A DNA stretch of 64,000 nt from Lingula anatina (GCA_051362555.1 CM120640.1:46354788-46418787), one strand, 5' to 3'; positions 31,001 through 45,009 are shown, counted from the stretch's first letter. Made by a program: numbers and translations. The notes: generated from the letters alone by a model not told the origin.

Positions 31001-33989
31001 GAATTGCTGCCTTAGATTAGTGTCACCATTCATAGTTTAAAAAAATGGAAGAATAGAGGAGAAGCAACATTTCACTGATCTTTGATTAATGTGTTTCAGC
31101 ATTCAAGGGTTACTTGAAGCCCCCAAATTGGAGAAAGAATGTGTGGGAACTCGATCCCAATAATCCCGACAACAATGGCTACCAGAATGAGGACTTGATT
31201 GTGTGGATGAGGACTGCTGCTTTGCCCAACTTCCGCAAACTCTACCGCAGGATTAGCAACTCTACTGACCCATTCAATGGAAAGCTGCCGAAAGGAAACT
31301 ACACACTGAATATTGAGTACTGTAAGGAGCACTATTTGTGTTTTATTTTTGAACTTGTATTTAAGTAGTTTGTCTCAACTTTTAGCTTGCTTAGTAAAAT
31401 TGTAGTATTTTTTCTTTCTTTTAAATTGTATTAGGTCACTACTTAGAAAAAAAGAAATTCAAATGCAGCTACTATTGCTCTCTCTTGTAGCTTACTCAGT
31501 GACTGCTTTTGGGGGGACCAAGAGCATGGTCCTCACCACCACCTCATGGCTGGGAGGAAAGAACTCTTTCCTGGGCATTGCCTACATTGTTGTAGGGTCC
31601 CTGTGTGTGGTCCTTGGTGTGGCCTTCTTGATCATTCATATCAAGGTTGGAAAGAAGTAAGTATGTGGTTTATATGACACAGGTGCCTGTAATGCATGCT
31701 GTCAGTATTATTAGTACCACCAGCGTGTACGCTGGCGGTACTCATGGTTTTAGTCCCGACCCGTCTCGTCCGGCTCCGCCGGCTCCATTGGCTCCGCCGG
31801 CTCCGTAAGCTCCGCCGGCTCCGCGTACTGGCGCCGGATACAAGTCACCGTTACCGCTTCTCCTCCTAGACCGCATCTCTTGGATTTAGGTCACATATAA
31901 CCTCAACTTGAACCCCCAGGTTTTTTTGTCTCAGTCGGTACATTGACCTGGGCGTGACGCTCCTTGAAATGCACCCTTGTCAAAATTTTTGAAAATTCAA
32001 TGCCAATTATCTACCCTACGGAAGGAATTATGGGAAAATTTTCTACAGACGGCTTTCCAAAAGTCATATGTGTAGATTTCAAATATGCCCTTGGATTTGA
32101 CCTTTGACCTTTATTTCAAGGTCAAACGGGCCAAAATTTTCAAAAAAATGAATTTTTTTACGAAAAAAAATATTATTTGCACTGTTATTCAGACACTACA
32201 CAGACTTAACCAATAATTATATTGGAAAGTGTTACCCTTTGGGTCATCTTTCATCTCTGTGAATTTGGGGTCAATCGGTGCATTTTCACAGGAGTAGCGG
32301 CCATAAAATACCGAAAATGAAAACTGTCTCTAATTCGGGAACCGTTAATGCTAGCGACCCGTTCTTTTTTGCATTTTGTAGAGCATGTAAAGCCCAACAC
32401 TGAGAGTGGTCTCCGTTTTTTTGTATTTCATACGGTTTTCGTGTTATGCTGTATTAAAAAGTACTTTGTGGTGGCACATTTTTGTAACTCAGAATTGTAA
32501 CATTTAGTCCCTTATATCTCCAAAACTGGCAGAGATAGGTCAATAGTTATTATTTAAGTTGAATAGGAAGTCATTTACTTGCAATCTAGATGTGAGCTTG
32601 AAATTGACCTTTGACCTACTTTTCACCATGAACTGAACTTTGCAAATTTTTGTTCCCTTTTATCTCCAAAACTGGCGGAGATAGGTCAATAGTTACTATT
32701 GAACTTGAATAGGAAGTCACATACTGGCAATTTAACAGTGACCTTAAAATTGACCTTTGACCTACTTTTCACCATGAATTGAACTTTGCCAATTTTTGTT
32801 CCCTTTAATCTCCAAAACTGGCAGAGATAGGTCCATAGTCACTATTAAACTTGAATAGGAAGTCACATACTGGCAATTAATCAGTGACCTTAAAATTGAC
32901 CTTTGACCTACTTTTCACCATGAATTGAACTTTGCCAATTTTTGTTCCCTTTAATCTCCAAAACTGGCAGAGATAGGTCCATAGTTACTATTGAACTTAA
33001 ATAGGAAGTCATGAACTGGCAATTTACTGTGACCTTTAAATTGACCTTTGACCTTCCTTTTACTATGAACTGAACTTAGCAAATTTTCGTTCACCTTTAT
33101 CTTCAAAATTGACAGATAGGTCCATAGTTACTACTGAACTTGAATAGGAAGTAATACACTAGCAATCTGTGACCTTGAAATTGACCTTTGACCTACTTTT
33201 TATGATGAACTGCTTTTTGCATGTTTTCTGGCCTTTAAATCTGCAAAATTGGCAAAGAAATGTCCATGGTTGCTATTGAACTTGAATAGAAATTCATATA
33301 CTATGATATTGAAATTGACCTTTGACCTACTTTTTCACCATGAACTGAGCTTTGCATATTTTCTTGCCTCTCATATCTTTAAATCTAGCAGAGATGTGCC
33401 CATTGTTTCCCCTAGGTTTTCTCTTTTGTCAGCATATATGCACCATTGACAACACATTTCAAGGAAAACCAATAGGCCTTTTGTCTAGAGAATACAGTAG
33501 TGAGCAAGGGTAGGAAAATGCAAGTCAATTTGAAAATCTGCTTGATTGTATCATTTTTAGTTATATTTTTTGCATATTTTGAGAACTCTTGTTGATTGCA
33601 TCTTATAGAGCTTGTCAAACACCAGACTGGTGATGGTGTCCCTTGGGGGGGGGGGGGGTCCATACGAATGCGCTTACTCCAGCTGGTGGTACAATATCTG
33701 GAGGCGGTATCGCCTCTCTGATCCTCTAGTTGAAATAATAAACATGTGCTGTTTTTGTTATATTCATATAATGGTCAGTAGACACAGGTGGTCATATGTT
33801 GAACTACTGAATTGCACACTAGATTGATATATGTAGCTCTTTTTGTTTTGGCTACTGTCTTTATTCTGAGAGATTTACCATGTGCCAAAAGCTTGTGTGA
33901 CAATTATTTAATGGGCTGAATTGATAATGACATAATTTATTTTTAGGACTGCAGATGCAATTGATGTTGATAATAGAACAACTTACTAA
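28047..33989 (+). CDS. TMEM30A: CDC50/TMEM30 P4-ATPase flippase beta subunit (9 coding exons)
   Basis: MSTPGE..SKKPK|[77 protein letters not shown] and [14 protein letters not shown]. Last exon 33947-33989 reads [13 protein letters not shown]. Confidence 0.95.
28380..28605. mobile_element. PIF/Harbinger-like MITE in TMEM30A intron 1
   Basis: Imperfect TIRs tttccatagatttttagatcgatc / gatcaatctaaatctctgggaaa with TAA on both flanks. Related to 13081-13280. Confidence 0.65.
31708..33731 (+). mobile_element. Family B copy 3 in the last intron of TMEM30A
   Basis: 5' hairpin gtaccaccagcgt-gt-acgctggcggtac, ggctccgcc repeats and ~6 satellite units (32510-33390). 3' end gctggtggtac + gaggcggtatcgcctc + ctagtt. 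Confidence 0.92.
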
Positions 33990-35708
33990 TTTGGTGTTGC
34001 TTTGTGCTGGAAGAAAGGTGTGACAGATTGTAAAATGAGAACTGCAGGTTTCAGTGTAGTTGGAATTGAAAAGAAAAGCATCTGAAGAGTCACAGCCAGT
34101 GGATGTGTCTGCTTTAGACATTTATTTTTCTCTATTACAACAATGCTAATAGCAGTATGTCTAATTCAAAGTATGAATGAATTGAAAATTGAATCTTTTC
34201 TTGACATTTTTAAGACTTGTTTGCGAAAGATCTAAATGCAATATACATATATGTTCACACAACCATGAGATATTACAGATTTTAGCATGATGTCGTACAT
34301 GTGCAGTCATGCTGAAATCTGGGTCTGCAGTTTAAGGATATTTGAGAATCTTGTGTAACTGATGAAATGATTGTGGCTATCGATTTGTTGCATCCAAATA
34401 AGGGAATTACAAATGGAGACTGGATTATATTCCACCTGGAAATTTCAAAAAGAATTGTTATAACATCACATTTCTGTTTTTCTTTGATATCTTTAAAACC
34501 CTTTTTTCTGTATATATTATTAAGCTGTTGTAGATATCATTTACAATAAGCATTTCATTATTTTACAAAATTATGTGCACAAAGATGTCATATGTTTTAG
34601 TTTCATTTGTACATAAACATTGCTAATTAGGTAAATTATGTGCAATATTCATATTTTAATGTGTACATGTATATTCTCTTGTCATTAAATTTGTTGATGT
34701 TGATGGAATTTCTGACATTCTTCATGTTTTACTGACTGTATGATAGCATAATCCATTTGAAAATTATCGTGACCCTGTGAATTTTTTCAAGAAATGATTT
34801 CCTTTTTATTGGATTATTTTATGTTACCTTCATATGTCTGATTGAGTTTGATTACCTGGGTGTTTTGTATGTTAAATCAATACAAAATCATTGTAAAAGG
34901 AATCGATCTTAGGAATCAATATGTAAATGCACTCTGATTTTGTTTCATGTGTATAGGTATACTTCTTCAAAAACTACAGGAATCAAGACTTTCACCTATT
35001 TATGACATGACATTTAATGACCAAAAAGGTGATTTTAGGATATGACACAAGATACCCACTCTGTAGTTGTTTTCATTCTGTAATCAAGATTGTGTTTGGT
35101 GAATGTACTTCATGGTTGTAACTAGAAATGGTTTTGATAGAAAATGACTTGCTCATTTCAATAAACAAGACAACGGTTTTTCAGTTATTTATTTACTCTT
35201 CCAAGTTAACTGTTTTATTATATTTGCAGTCATGTTATATTTATATCCAAGACTGTACAACAGTGGGCAGTTAAGCAGAGGAGGGAAGAAGTCCACTTGG
35301 ACAAATGTCTCCTTGCCTATACGTTCTCAGCCAGTTTGTTTTGAAATAAGTATGGACTTGATTCTGATTCTGAAAACATTATTTACTCATTTATTTATAT
35401 ATTTATTATTGCTAAATGTTTTCTTTTAGATTATGTTATTTTATACCATAACCATTTCAGTCGTTTTATAATGTCTTTAATGAATAAACGGTATTTCATC
35501 AGTGTGTCAATCTCGTCAAATGTAATCATCGTTTTTAATGTATTGTCTTCTTTAAATAAAAGTTAAAGCATTACACAATGTCCAACTTTGAGAATTTACT
35601 GTTTTCAACTGGGTTTGTTAAAAAAAACTGATCTGTTGGTTTCTTATGAGAGTGTATATTTTGTTAAAACGAGATAAAGTTTAATGGTGACAAAATATGT
35701 AATAGTGC

Positions 35709-36064
35709 CCCTTTCCTAGGCCACCGTCGTAAGGAGCTTGGGTTGTAGTCTAAAGTAATCTTTATGGCATACCGTCAACATCATTTAATCTTGTAAAGAT
35801 TTAATGAAGATATGACGATAATTCATCAACCGTACACAAACTCAATTTAAGCAAAATTGAATTTAGAGGAAAATACATTTTTGCCACGACCGTTTCTGCA
35901 CAGTTGTGCCTGTATATCCTCTATCTTCGATAACAACATTCTATGTCTGCGCGTTTCTCAAACCGAGTAAGACATAAGAGCAAAATATTTGAATTTCACT
36001 CAAAGCAATGTTTGCATTAAAGGCTAAAACTACAGCCCGAGCACGACAGTCTGGCCAAGGAACG
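35709..36064. mobile_element. Possible MITE
   Basis: Imperfect inverted ends cctttcctaggccaccgtcgt / acgacagtctggccaaggaacgg. Confidence 0.4.
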
Positions 36065-36110
36065 GTTAGTCACGCAAACCGGCATTTTTTTTTCATTTTG
36101 AAGAATTGGG

Positions 36111-36111
<1 letters not shown>

Positions 36112-36181
<70 letters not shown>
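36112..36181. repeat. (TA)n microsatellite
   Basis: Perfect TA run of about 70 bp. Confidence 0.98.
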
Positions 36182-36184
<3 letters not shown>

Positions 36185-39100
36185 TTTATCTGGACTGAAC
36201 ACATTTGCTAATGGGTAAAATATGGGTAAAATATATTTACCTGAGCGGCATAAATTGTTGAACATCACATTTCTCTGGTGATATCTGTTCAAAAAATAAC
36301 AATGAAATTATTCGATCAAATTTAACAATCATCTCATTACCTACAAATATACATTTTTTCAAAGGACCGAAAGAACAAGTTGCAATTATACACCATCTTC
36401 TTCCCCGGCATGGCAGATTGGAAGACAATGATTAAGAACTGCCATTTTTTCCTTTTCTTTCCTTGTTAATTTTCTATCTTACGTTTGCTAATGCTCAAAT
36501 ATCGCTGATGATTCAGTTGCGTTAAAACGTCATTTTGCTATATTCAAACACCCAAAAAGGATGTTTCTTTCATTTCAGCTTGTCACGAACCGTTTTCTAA
36601 TGATATTTTTTTCTTGGGCGTAGAAACAGTTATTGGAAATTTAGATGTTTGTGTTACCGAATTCTTAGAAACAGACGCAATCAGTTTAGTATTGTATGTT
36701 TCAAGCAAGAGCATAAAACGGGTATACGTGACATTTTATAACATTGTTATACATGTTGCCTTGAGGTCTTGCATGAAAGCCTTTATCAGACTCTAACTGT
36801 TTGTTGAGAACCAAGATACCTTTTTAAATACTGTGGATAGCTCCCCCCAATGTTCCAAGGTAAGTTTGTCATGTGGAAGCTATAAACAAAGAAAATATTT
36901 GCCAAGGGCAAGATAGTATAAAAAGATGGTAAGATATTGAATGGTCGCTTGGGTGATTCCTTGGAGTTTGCGCTTGTTTTTTATAAAATTCTTAGACCTG
37001 CAGTAGATTACATAGTATTACAAATGCATTTCTGCTTCAACTTTCGTACATGGTTTTCACAAAGATTTATGGAAGGTGGGTAAATAATTGTATTGACAAC
37101 ATAGGCTATGCTTGAAATTTCAAAAGAAGCATAATAATGTCTTTGTTTTTAGTATCAAGATTTCAATAATGACAAGGGCAAAACAGAAATAATAATAATA
37201 ATTATAATAATTATTATTATAATTAATTAATAAAATAGAAAATAAAAAGGCAATTATCCACGTGTTTTCAAAAATGTTTTTCCTTGAATATTGCATAAGT
37301 CAAGTTGTCATTAATCAATGCGTCTTTCTACTATTCAGGGCGTAGGATTGAATAGTGTTATTTTCAGTTTTGTCCCTATTTTCGCAAAAAATACGTGTGT
37401 TTATTTAAGCACCAGTACATGTAACATCTGTTTTCATATTTGGAATAAAGGAGTATTGGATCATTTCCTGCTGGAATGATACATGATGCTTTCATTTCCC
37501 TTCAATGTTTACTCAGTACCTCCTAGCCCTTTCATCACGTCTCAGACGATGCTTCAAAACAACTCGCTTTTAGTGTTCCGAGTTATTTTTTTTTCTTTCG
37601 AACACAAGGTAATTATTGCATTGTCCCAATTGTCTTTCGATCATCGGTTATTTAAAGGTGTGCTCAACTGATCGGCTATAGAGTAAGGCAGAAAATAATC
37701 ATGGCACTACCTGATTAAGACCACGTCTACCTGTCCTTATTCGACTTTAAACCTTTTATAAGTGTAAAATTAAAGGCGTGTGGCGACCTTTGGGAATTGA
37801 AATTCGGCCATATGGGCAAGTAAAAGCTAGAAAATCACATCATGATATTTCGGCAGGGTGAATCCCGACCTTTAAGCACATGGAATCAGTTCCACTCTCT
37901 ATCTGCACTGTTGTATTGTGGTAGTGGTTGTTATTTTCTGGAATCAAGAGAAGAAGACGGTTGAGGTGAGCCTGTGCGTATCTATATGATTTTGCTTTGA
38001 TTCGCTTTATAAAGGTGGGGTTGCTTTCTTTCACGAAACTTGAATTCTTGGTCGTTGGTTATTGATTTTGTAAATGATCGTTCAGTTTTATTTTTATGAT
38101 TTTTAACATCTCGCTCTCGCTCTCTCTTACCGCGCGCGCACGCACGCGTATGTGTGAGTGTGATTCTGTGGACTAGTGGGTTTAATGTTCGACGATATCA
38201 ATAAATGGAGCCCACTAACCTATAGACGGCTGTAACATAGGGATTATGTAATTAAGGTTGATCATTCATGTTTAAAACATGATTTGAGTCAGAAGAGAGC
38301 CTATTTAGTTAAGTGCTTTTGTGATTGTTTAAATATGGATTACAAACCACCGGAAAAAATCTATAAAAAATGTTTAGTTATGCGTAAGTACACTACACGG
38401 AAGATGACAATTTCAAATGAAGTAAAGCTGACAGGACTTGTGAAAAACGGCAGAGTTGAAGGAGTTTTCGTGAGTTACGAACGGCCTTATGGACAGCAAG
38501 TGTCAGTTACAGACTGGGAAGACTTTCCCATATCATTGCTCGCTACCAACTCTTAAATTCTTTACTGATTTACGCTTTCTGCTGGTCTCTGAAGATATTC
38601 ATAAGAATCAGTCTGGGCAAAGACTAATGGCCATGGATTACTACCTCCTGTATTTTACTACTGTGCAAGATACTCAAAGATGAACGTCTCTAAACACAAG
38701 GCCCTTCGTTCTTGCAATTGCTCTTAAATTGGATTCTTTTATGCATTATCTTTGTGAAGTTGTCTGAAGGTGCCAACAAAAGGAAAATAATATTTTCGCT
38801 GTCAATCTATCTCACATACCACAGGCCCTCCCCCGTCTATTCTGCGCTACTGGGGTGAAATGTAAACTAATTTTTGTCCTTGGGGGGAATATTTCAGTCT
38901 ATCTGGTTCTGTAGCTGTTTAACGGGGATGCCTGTTCACTGTTTTTTCTCCTGTCACAAACGCGCGGTTATTGATTCTCCGAGAGTAATAGTTCAATTAC
39001 AATCCAATGGAGTGTTTTCTCCCAGCGTGCGGCATCTATAGCTTAGATTTGCTCGGGGAGGACAGCTGCGCTTCCCATACAAACGTAATAAAGAGATATT

Positions 39101-40188
39101 TGTGATCCAATGTAAAGAGAATGCATTGAGCTTCAAAACAATATGAGATACAATAGAATTGGATTTATTGTAATCTGGTTGAATGTATTTAAAAATAATA
39201 CAACTATGTTGCTTATAAGCTAATTCAGTTTTATGCAGCTTTTGAACTGAAGTCTTTAAAGTGTCAAAAAAGTATCCGTCCATCTGTACCCAGTAGTGAT
39301 AAAATGCATGTAATACTGATAATGATGATAATGAGCTTTGCAAAAAAAAAAGCAATAGTTTCTTGATTTTACTGTACATAAGCAAGGCCTAGATCACACT
39401 TGTATGAGATATGAGTTGCATTTATATAAAGTCCTAAATTACTTTTAAGGTTTATGCCGAATGTTGCCGTACTGTATGCGTACCTAAAATACGTGTGATT
39501 GTTCCATGATAGTATTGACCACTTACATATGAATAAATATATGTATCATTATAATAAGTCAAACATTTTTGATTGACCTTGTGTCTTATTTTTCAGCTTG
39601 GTTTAAGCAATGTGTTCTTCCAAGTTCAATTCAAGTTTCACCATGTTATGTAATATTATGATATTTCATTCAAACGGATGCGTAAAAGATATCGCCGTAT
39701 GATCAAATGGTATTCATACAGAAACTGCTCAAGACAACGTCAATTTTAAAACATTAACATTAAAAGACATTCTTAAGTTCACAACAGTGTAATGAGTTAG
39801 GATCCAAGGGTTTTTCTTCTGTTCCGTCGTAGCTTTTTCCCTTCTCCTCTGCAAATTAAATGGTTAGTTGTCAAATTTAAAGTCTACATGGAATACGTGG
39901 ATAATAGTCTTAGACAAGGTGAATTATTTTTATTTTTAGACCAAACCTATTTTTATTTTAATGCTACATAAGAGTGCACAAAAGAGTGCTGACAAACTGT
40001 TAATCAAAAATGCAATCATGCCTTCTTGACAACTCGTTTGTTGAAGTCTATTAGCACTTTCTAAAAACTGATCAATGTCAATTTAAATGTAAACGTCTGC
40101 CCACTCCTTGTGTGCCTCTTGTAGTAATGCAATGAAGTGAAATATCTGAATTCAAGTGGAATACCATCCGTATGCTTTTAAATTCCAG

Positions 40189-41502
40189 ATGGCTTGCACA
40201 AAGATCAATGCCAGCATAATATCGCCCCGCCCTTTGCCCGCGGTTAAAGAGGAAGAAATCCCAGAGGAGGTTCGGATTCCTGCCAAGGCAAGCAAGCAGG
40301 ACAACAGTGTAAAAAGTGCGAAAATTTCTAAAACGAGTTTTTCAAAAATATTGTGTTGTCATAGTATTGATCCGAAACCTGGTTCTGAAACGTGCGGCAG
40401 TTCTCACACTAACATAAAAGTACTCAGCAGACGATCTTCTGGTAGTTGTGTGGGTGCTAAGGGGTTATCCAATCAGATCACAGATGTTGTTTGTCGTCAT
40501 AATTTTAAGGGCAGTGCACTTCAAAAGACCATTTCTCCTTCGGATCCAAACGAGCAAACACAGCCAGTAGATTTTGGTGACAGTTTAACTTGTCATATGC
40601 TCAAAGAACTAAAAATGTCATCTGAAGAGAAAGGAAATAGTCTCTTAATACCTACTATATGTATTAATCAAGCAGATAAAGATGAAGAGACTAGAGGGCC
40701 GACAAGTCCAAAACATGTTGAAAATTCTTTGGATTCTACTCAGTGTTGTAGCTTACCGAACCTAGCAAACAAAGAAAACCAGAGAAATGATTATGCAAAT
40801 CAAAATGGCGAAAAAGTATCAAAGAACTCACTATTTTGTATCACACCGGAGAACCAGCTGAGTGTATACTGTTCACCAAGGATCTCACGAAGATCGTCGT
40901 CTCGCTCAACGAATTGTCTTGAAAGCCCTTCAGAAGACAAAAACCAGTTTTGTTGGCTGAACGCCTTTGACCCATCGAGGTCTATACGTCGATCCCGTTC
41001 ACGCTTGACTAGTGACAGGTCGGTAGAAAGTGAAGGTTCAATAAGGAGCGCTAGTCATCTATCTATATTTGGTTCACTGGACAGATTTGTTTCACTGGAC
41101 CGGTTAAGTTTACCAGAGAGTTTAGATGAACACCATGACCGTCTTAGACGAGTTTATTCCTTTCCTGACCGTGAAATGTGTGCTCATACACCGTTTTGTG
41201 TTAATGTGGGAGGAACAATGCCAAGGGATACGAAGTCCTGTACCAACTTAAAAGGTTCAAATCGACCATTAGTAAACTATGAACTACTGGAAGCCAAGCT
41301 GCCTCATGAAGAGAGTTTATTGTATCCCCCACCACTGGCCAGGACACGGACACAGGACTCTGCTCTCACGGACAACCTATCTAAATCATTTGAGCAGATG
41401 TACAATGAAGCTTACCAAGCTGAAGGCGAAAGAAAAATGGAAAGCTTTCTCAAACAACGCCGTGTGAAGCAATGGCTGAACGACGTGGAACCGTATGAAT
41501 GA
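40189..41502 (+). CDS. Uncharacterised Ser/Arg-rich, probably disordered protein (437 aa, one coding exon)
   Basis: 1.3-kb stop-free ORF in AT-rich DNA. The ATG at 40189 directly follows an acceptor-like tttaaattccag. No domain recognised. Confidence 0.78.
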   Translation: MACTKINASIISPRPLPAVKEEEIPEEVRIPAKASKQDNSVKSAKISKTSFSKILCCHSIDPKPGSETCGSSHTNIKVLSRRSSGSCVGAKGLSNQITDVVCRHNFKGSALQKTISPSDPNEQTQPVDFGDSLTCHMLKELKMSSEEKGNSLLIPTICINQADKDEETRGPTSPKHVENSLDSTQCCSLPNLANKENQRNDYANQNGEKVSKNSLFCITPENQLSVYCSPRISRRSSSRSTNCLESPSEDKNQFCWLNAFDPSRSIRRSRSRLTSDRSVESEGSIRSASHLSIFGSLDRFVSLDRLSLPESLDEHHDRLRRVYSFPDREMCAHTPFCVNVGGTMPRDTKSCTNLKGSNRPLVNYELLEAKLPHEESLLYPPPLARTRTQDSALTDNLSKSFEQMYNEAYQAEGERKMESFLKQRRVKQWLNDVEPYE

Positions 41503-44340
41503 AACATTATGCGGGGTTGTTAATTTACTATCATGCAATGATTTCGATTCCACTTGGGTAATTTGTTTTATATGCTAGACATTACTTCCGATTATCCTGA
41601 TTTATGTGAAAACGACACCTACGACAGGTTCTGCCTAACGTCAGATGACTGCAAACACGTAATAACACACGCTAGGGTAGCCTCTCAACAATGACGTATA
41701 TAGTTCAGTGTGGAAACACGTTTGCAGGTTTTGAATAAAATGTCCAAAAATATCAAGCATCGTGCCATTAATAGATAACTTTAGAGGCCGAAAAACGTCA
41801 CAGAACCAGTTGAGACGACATGCTCCAAATAATTGTCACGAAAAAAATTTTAAACTAGGATCTAACGTAACTTACATGTATGTCAGATGCTTATTTTAAA
41901 TTAGGGAAATTGGCCAGGATAATTTTAGTTAATTATACAGTTGAATTCATAATGCCAAAAGTATCATTCCTTGGAATTTGGGGTTGTTATCAAAGACGCT
42001 GTAAAACCGCTGTGAAAAACGCTACCCACCTTTGTTATCTTAACGAATTATGATGTAACGATCTTGTCATACAGTTTATAAAATGTCTTAACCAAGCATT
42101 GGTTCTCCAAGGTAAAGAGCCTTTGACGAATGTAGATTTTTTTCTTTTACCTGTCTTCGTATTTTGTCTATGGCATTCAAAATATCTAATCATCTAAATC
42201 GGAAATTTAAACCTATTGGAGAGTTCATTAGTAGAGACATCATCCTGTACCAATTACCGTTAACACTAAAGCACATCAGTCACATCAATCCATTTTCACA
42301 TTTCAGTCCATCAATCGTGCTAAACATTACATCGCAGATTTATATATGTATCCATCACTCTAATTAATGCCATATTTATCTAAAGATTGAAATTGGAATA
42401 TTTTATTGGAACTTAAAGCGAATGACCAAGGTGTCAGGCAAATCGTTGTTTGAGAGATGGATCATTCTAACCCCACAAACTTAAGTTCCCCATAATCACT
42501 TTGATGGTAAAATTGCGTGTGTGTTTGTCCGAATGTGCCTTCAGAAGAAAGTACCATAATGTTTAAGGAGCCGTTACCATGAAATATTCATGCACGGACT
42601 GTGATAGTGCAAATTAAAATCGATATAGGGGGAGAGTTTTTAAACATTTCCAAAAACAACACCAAGGGTATGGCAGTGCTCTATGGTCTCACCCGCTAGT
42701 GAAGCATTGATTTGCCCTCGCACAGATCAGGGTGTGTGCTATGCACAGAATGCACCATTTTCCTCTCTGCCAAGGATTGATTTGTGAACAGCTACAAGGA
42801 AACCAGCGCATACGTTCTGTGAATAACATTGTTATCATCATCGACTAGAAAATGGCTGAAACATTAATAGCCGGATCGATACTAGTTTTCTCTGTGCTTA
42901 TCTCATAGTTATCATTGGATCTTTGGTTCAAGGTTTCCTCAAAGTAGCAAGAAACATGGTTAGGGCGCCTGACATCGATATGTTCTCCTTAGATGTTGTA
43001 TAACAAATCACAAATTTGCAACATGGCTATTGTGATGAATAGAGCCTGCTTACCAATGATATTTAGCGTGGCATTGTGCTAATAGACTGCAACAGTTATA
43101 CCTTATTTATTAAGGAAATAAAGGATGAAATCAATAAGTTTGCTGCCTTTTAAAAACATTTGAACAGACGTTTTAAAAGAAGAAATTGGATTTAAAACGT
43201 ATGACGGATACCTGCATTACCTTGATAAGCGTAAACATTGTTCTTTTCTCACTTAGATTATATCATAAGATCTCTTTAAATATTTGAAATACATTAAACA
43301 AGAAATAACGTTGTGGTCGAAGACAATTTGTTTTATATAAGGTATATTTTCAATTAAGAATACTGTGTTTAACAATTTGTTCTTTTCAGTGCAAATTCAA
43401 AATTAGTGGCAAATTGAAAGTGTGAATTGAATGAATTCTACTCCTTGCTTTGGTGAAATAAAAAAAACTAGCTGCTTACTAGTTCTTGATATAAAATCCT
43501 CTTCTCTGAAATTGCTTGAATGACACTCTTTAAACTACTCCCCGTCCTATAAACATAATTTTCCTTGCCTATTAGATTGATTTCGCATCATTCACAAAAT
43601 ACATAATACAGACCCACGGATTCGATAACTTGTCTTAGAAACATTAATCGTAACAATAAATCACTCTTTTTCCAGATTCAGCCTACATTAGGCAGGGTTT
43701 CAGCCGTCTATTTACTATGTCAAGACACCTCTGGTAAGCGCCATTGCCATTGTGTCGATCGACCGATGTCGATGTCGATTTTTACCGTTTTACTTAGCGA
43801 AGTGATTCTGCCTCAGCTGATCTTAATGGATAGCAGAATTGACATTTAACGAGATCATTAAAGATCACTTGAAAATTCTACAAATGCAACCTTTACCTTA
43901 TACTTTCTTTTTTCCTACGGGACATTTGTCGTTTCCGACATAGAGAAAAAGTTGGCATTAAATAAATAAAATTTTATATAACAATCAAGAGAGCTTGCAA
44001 GTTATTGTATCATAAAAGTCTTCCTTGCTTAAATTAAGATAATTTGTCGGTTGTTATCGTGTCTGCAGAGAAGGCGTAAACTTCTGCTTTTAACCAGGCC
44101 GATGATTGGCATTGATTGGCATTGATTGGTTCTTCTAAATAAGGTCTTCAGGTAAACTTGACCTTGTGGTTGATTTGCTTCATCTGCTCACGTCGAGGTG
44201 GAATTTCAAATCCACGATCTAAAACTCTACGAAAGAAGGTTGAGTTTACAACAAGTCTTATTAAGAAGATCTCCCGATTCCCGTTGATTCGGACACGACA
44301 GCAGATTTCTGGACTTTTTGTTCTGACATGTCGGATGTCG

Positions 44341-44344
<4 letters not shown>

Positions 44345-44385
<41 letters not shown>
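44345..44385. repeat. (CA)n microsatellite
   Basis: Perfect CA run. Confidence 0.97.
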
Positions 44386-44388
<3 letters not shown>

Positions 44389-45009
44389 GTTTGACTTTGA
44401 CATTAATCTGCAAAACGTTACCTAATCTAAGTTTCATGTCTTAGAACATAGAAACATTTTGTTTCCTTTTATCTTCCAAGCAATTTACTACTAAAAAGTT
44501 TGACCGTTGCCTTTTTTAACATTACAAACACCAAATCATTCCTTTGGCCTATTTAGATAGAAAAGAAAGTTATAAATTTTGGTCAGATGTGGGTTTCGTT
44601 AACAAGGTAATCAATGATAATAATGCATTGAAACCGTGTCTTCTTTTAATGGCTCCAGGTCGATGAACGAGATACTGCAATGCAACGTATAAATTTAATT
44701 AACACCCACCCATCTTTTTTGTATTCGTCCTATAATGGGCCTACTGCCAGCTCGGGTAAAAAGCTGGTCCACGTTTTGCGATATCTCCTGTATATCGTCG
44801 AGTTGTATTCCAGTCAGCTGTATTTTTAAGTGTAATGAATCCGTTTAAACATCAACAAAGTTACGAACATCCCCTCCAATAGATGTAACTTTGATTTATA
44901 CGTGCATCAGTATTACATGTACAGCTAGTGCGTTAGTGAAACTCACACAGTTGCTTGAGTCAATGACGGCAACCATATAGATCTTTTAGCATGTTTTCCA
45001 ACGGTTATG

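Noticed and set aside
31463-31660. TMEM30A ending at the TAA at 31658-31660
   Set aside because: A strong donor and an in-frame downstream exon (33947-33989) give a more typical tail; kept only as a possible isoform.
36008-36292. IY/YI-repeat ORFs (also the HT/CV/RE ORFs at 44148-45267)
   Set aside because: These are translations of microsatellites.
38284-39385. ORFs of 64-130 aa upstream of the Ser-rich gene
   Set aside because: No recognisable motif or convincing splice context.
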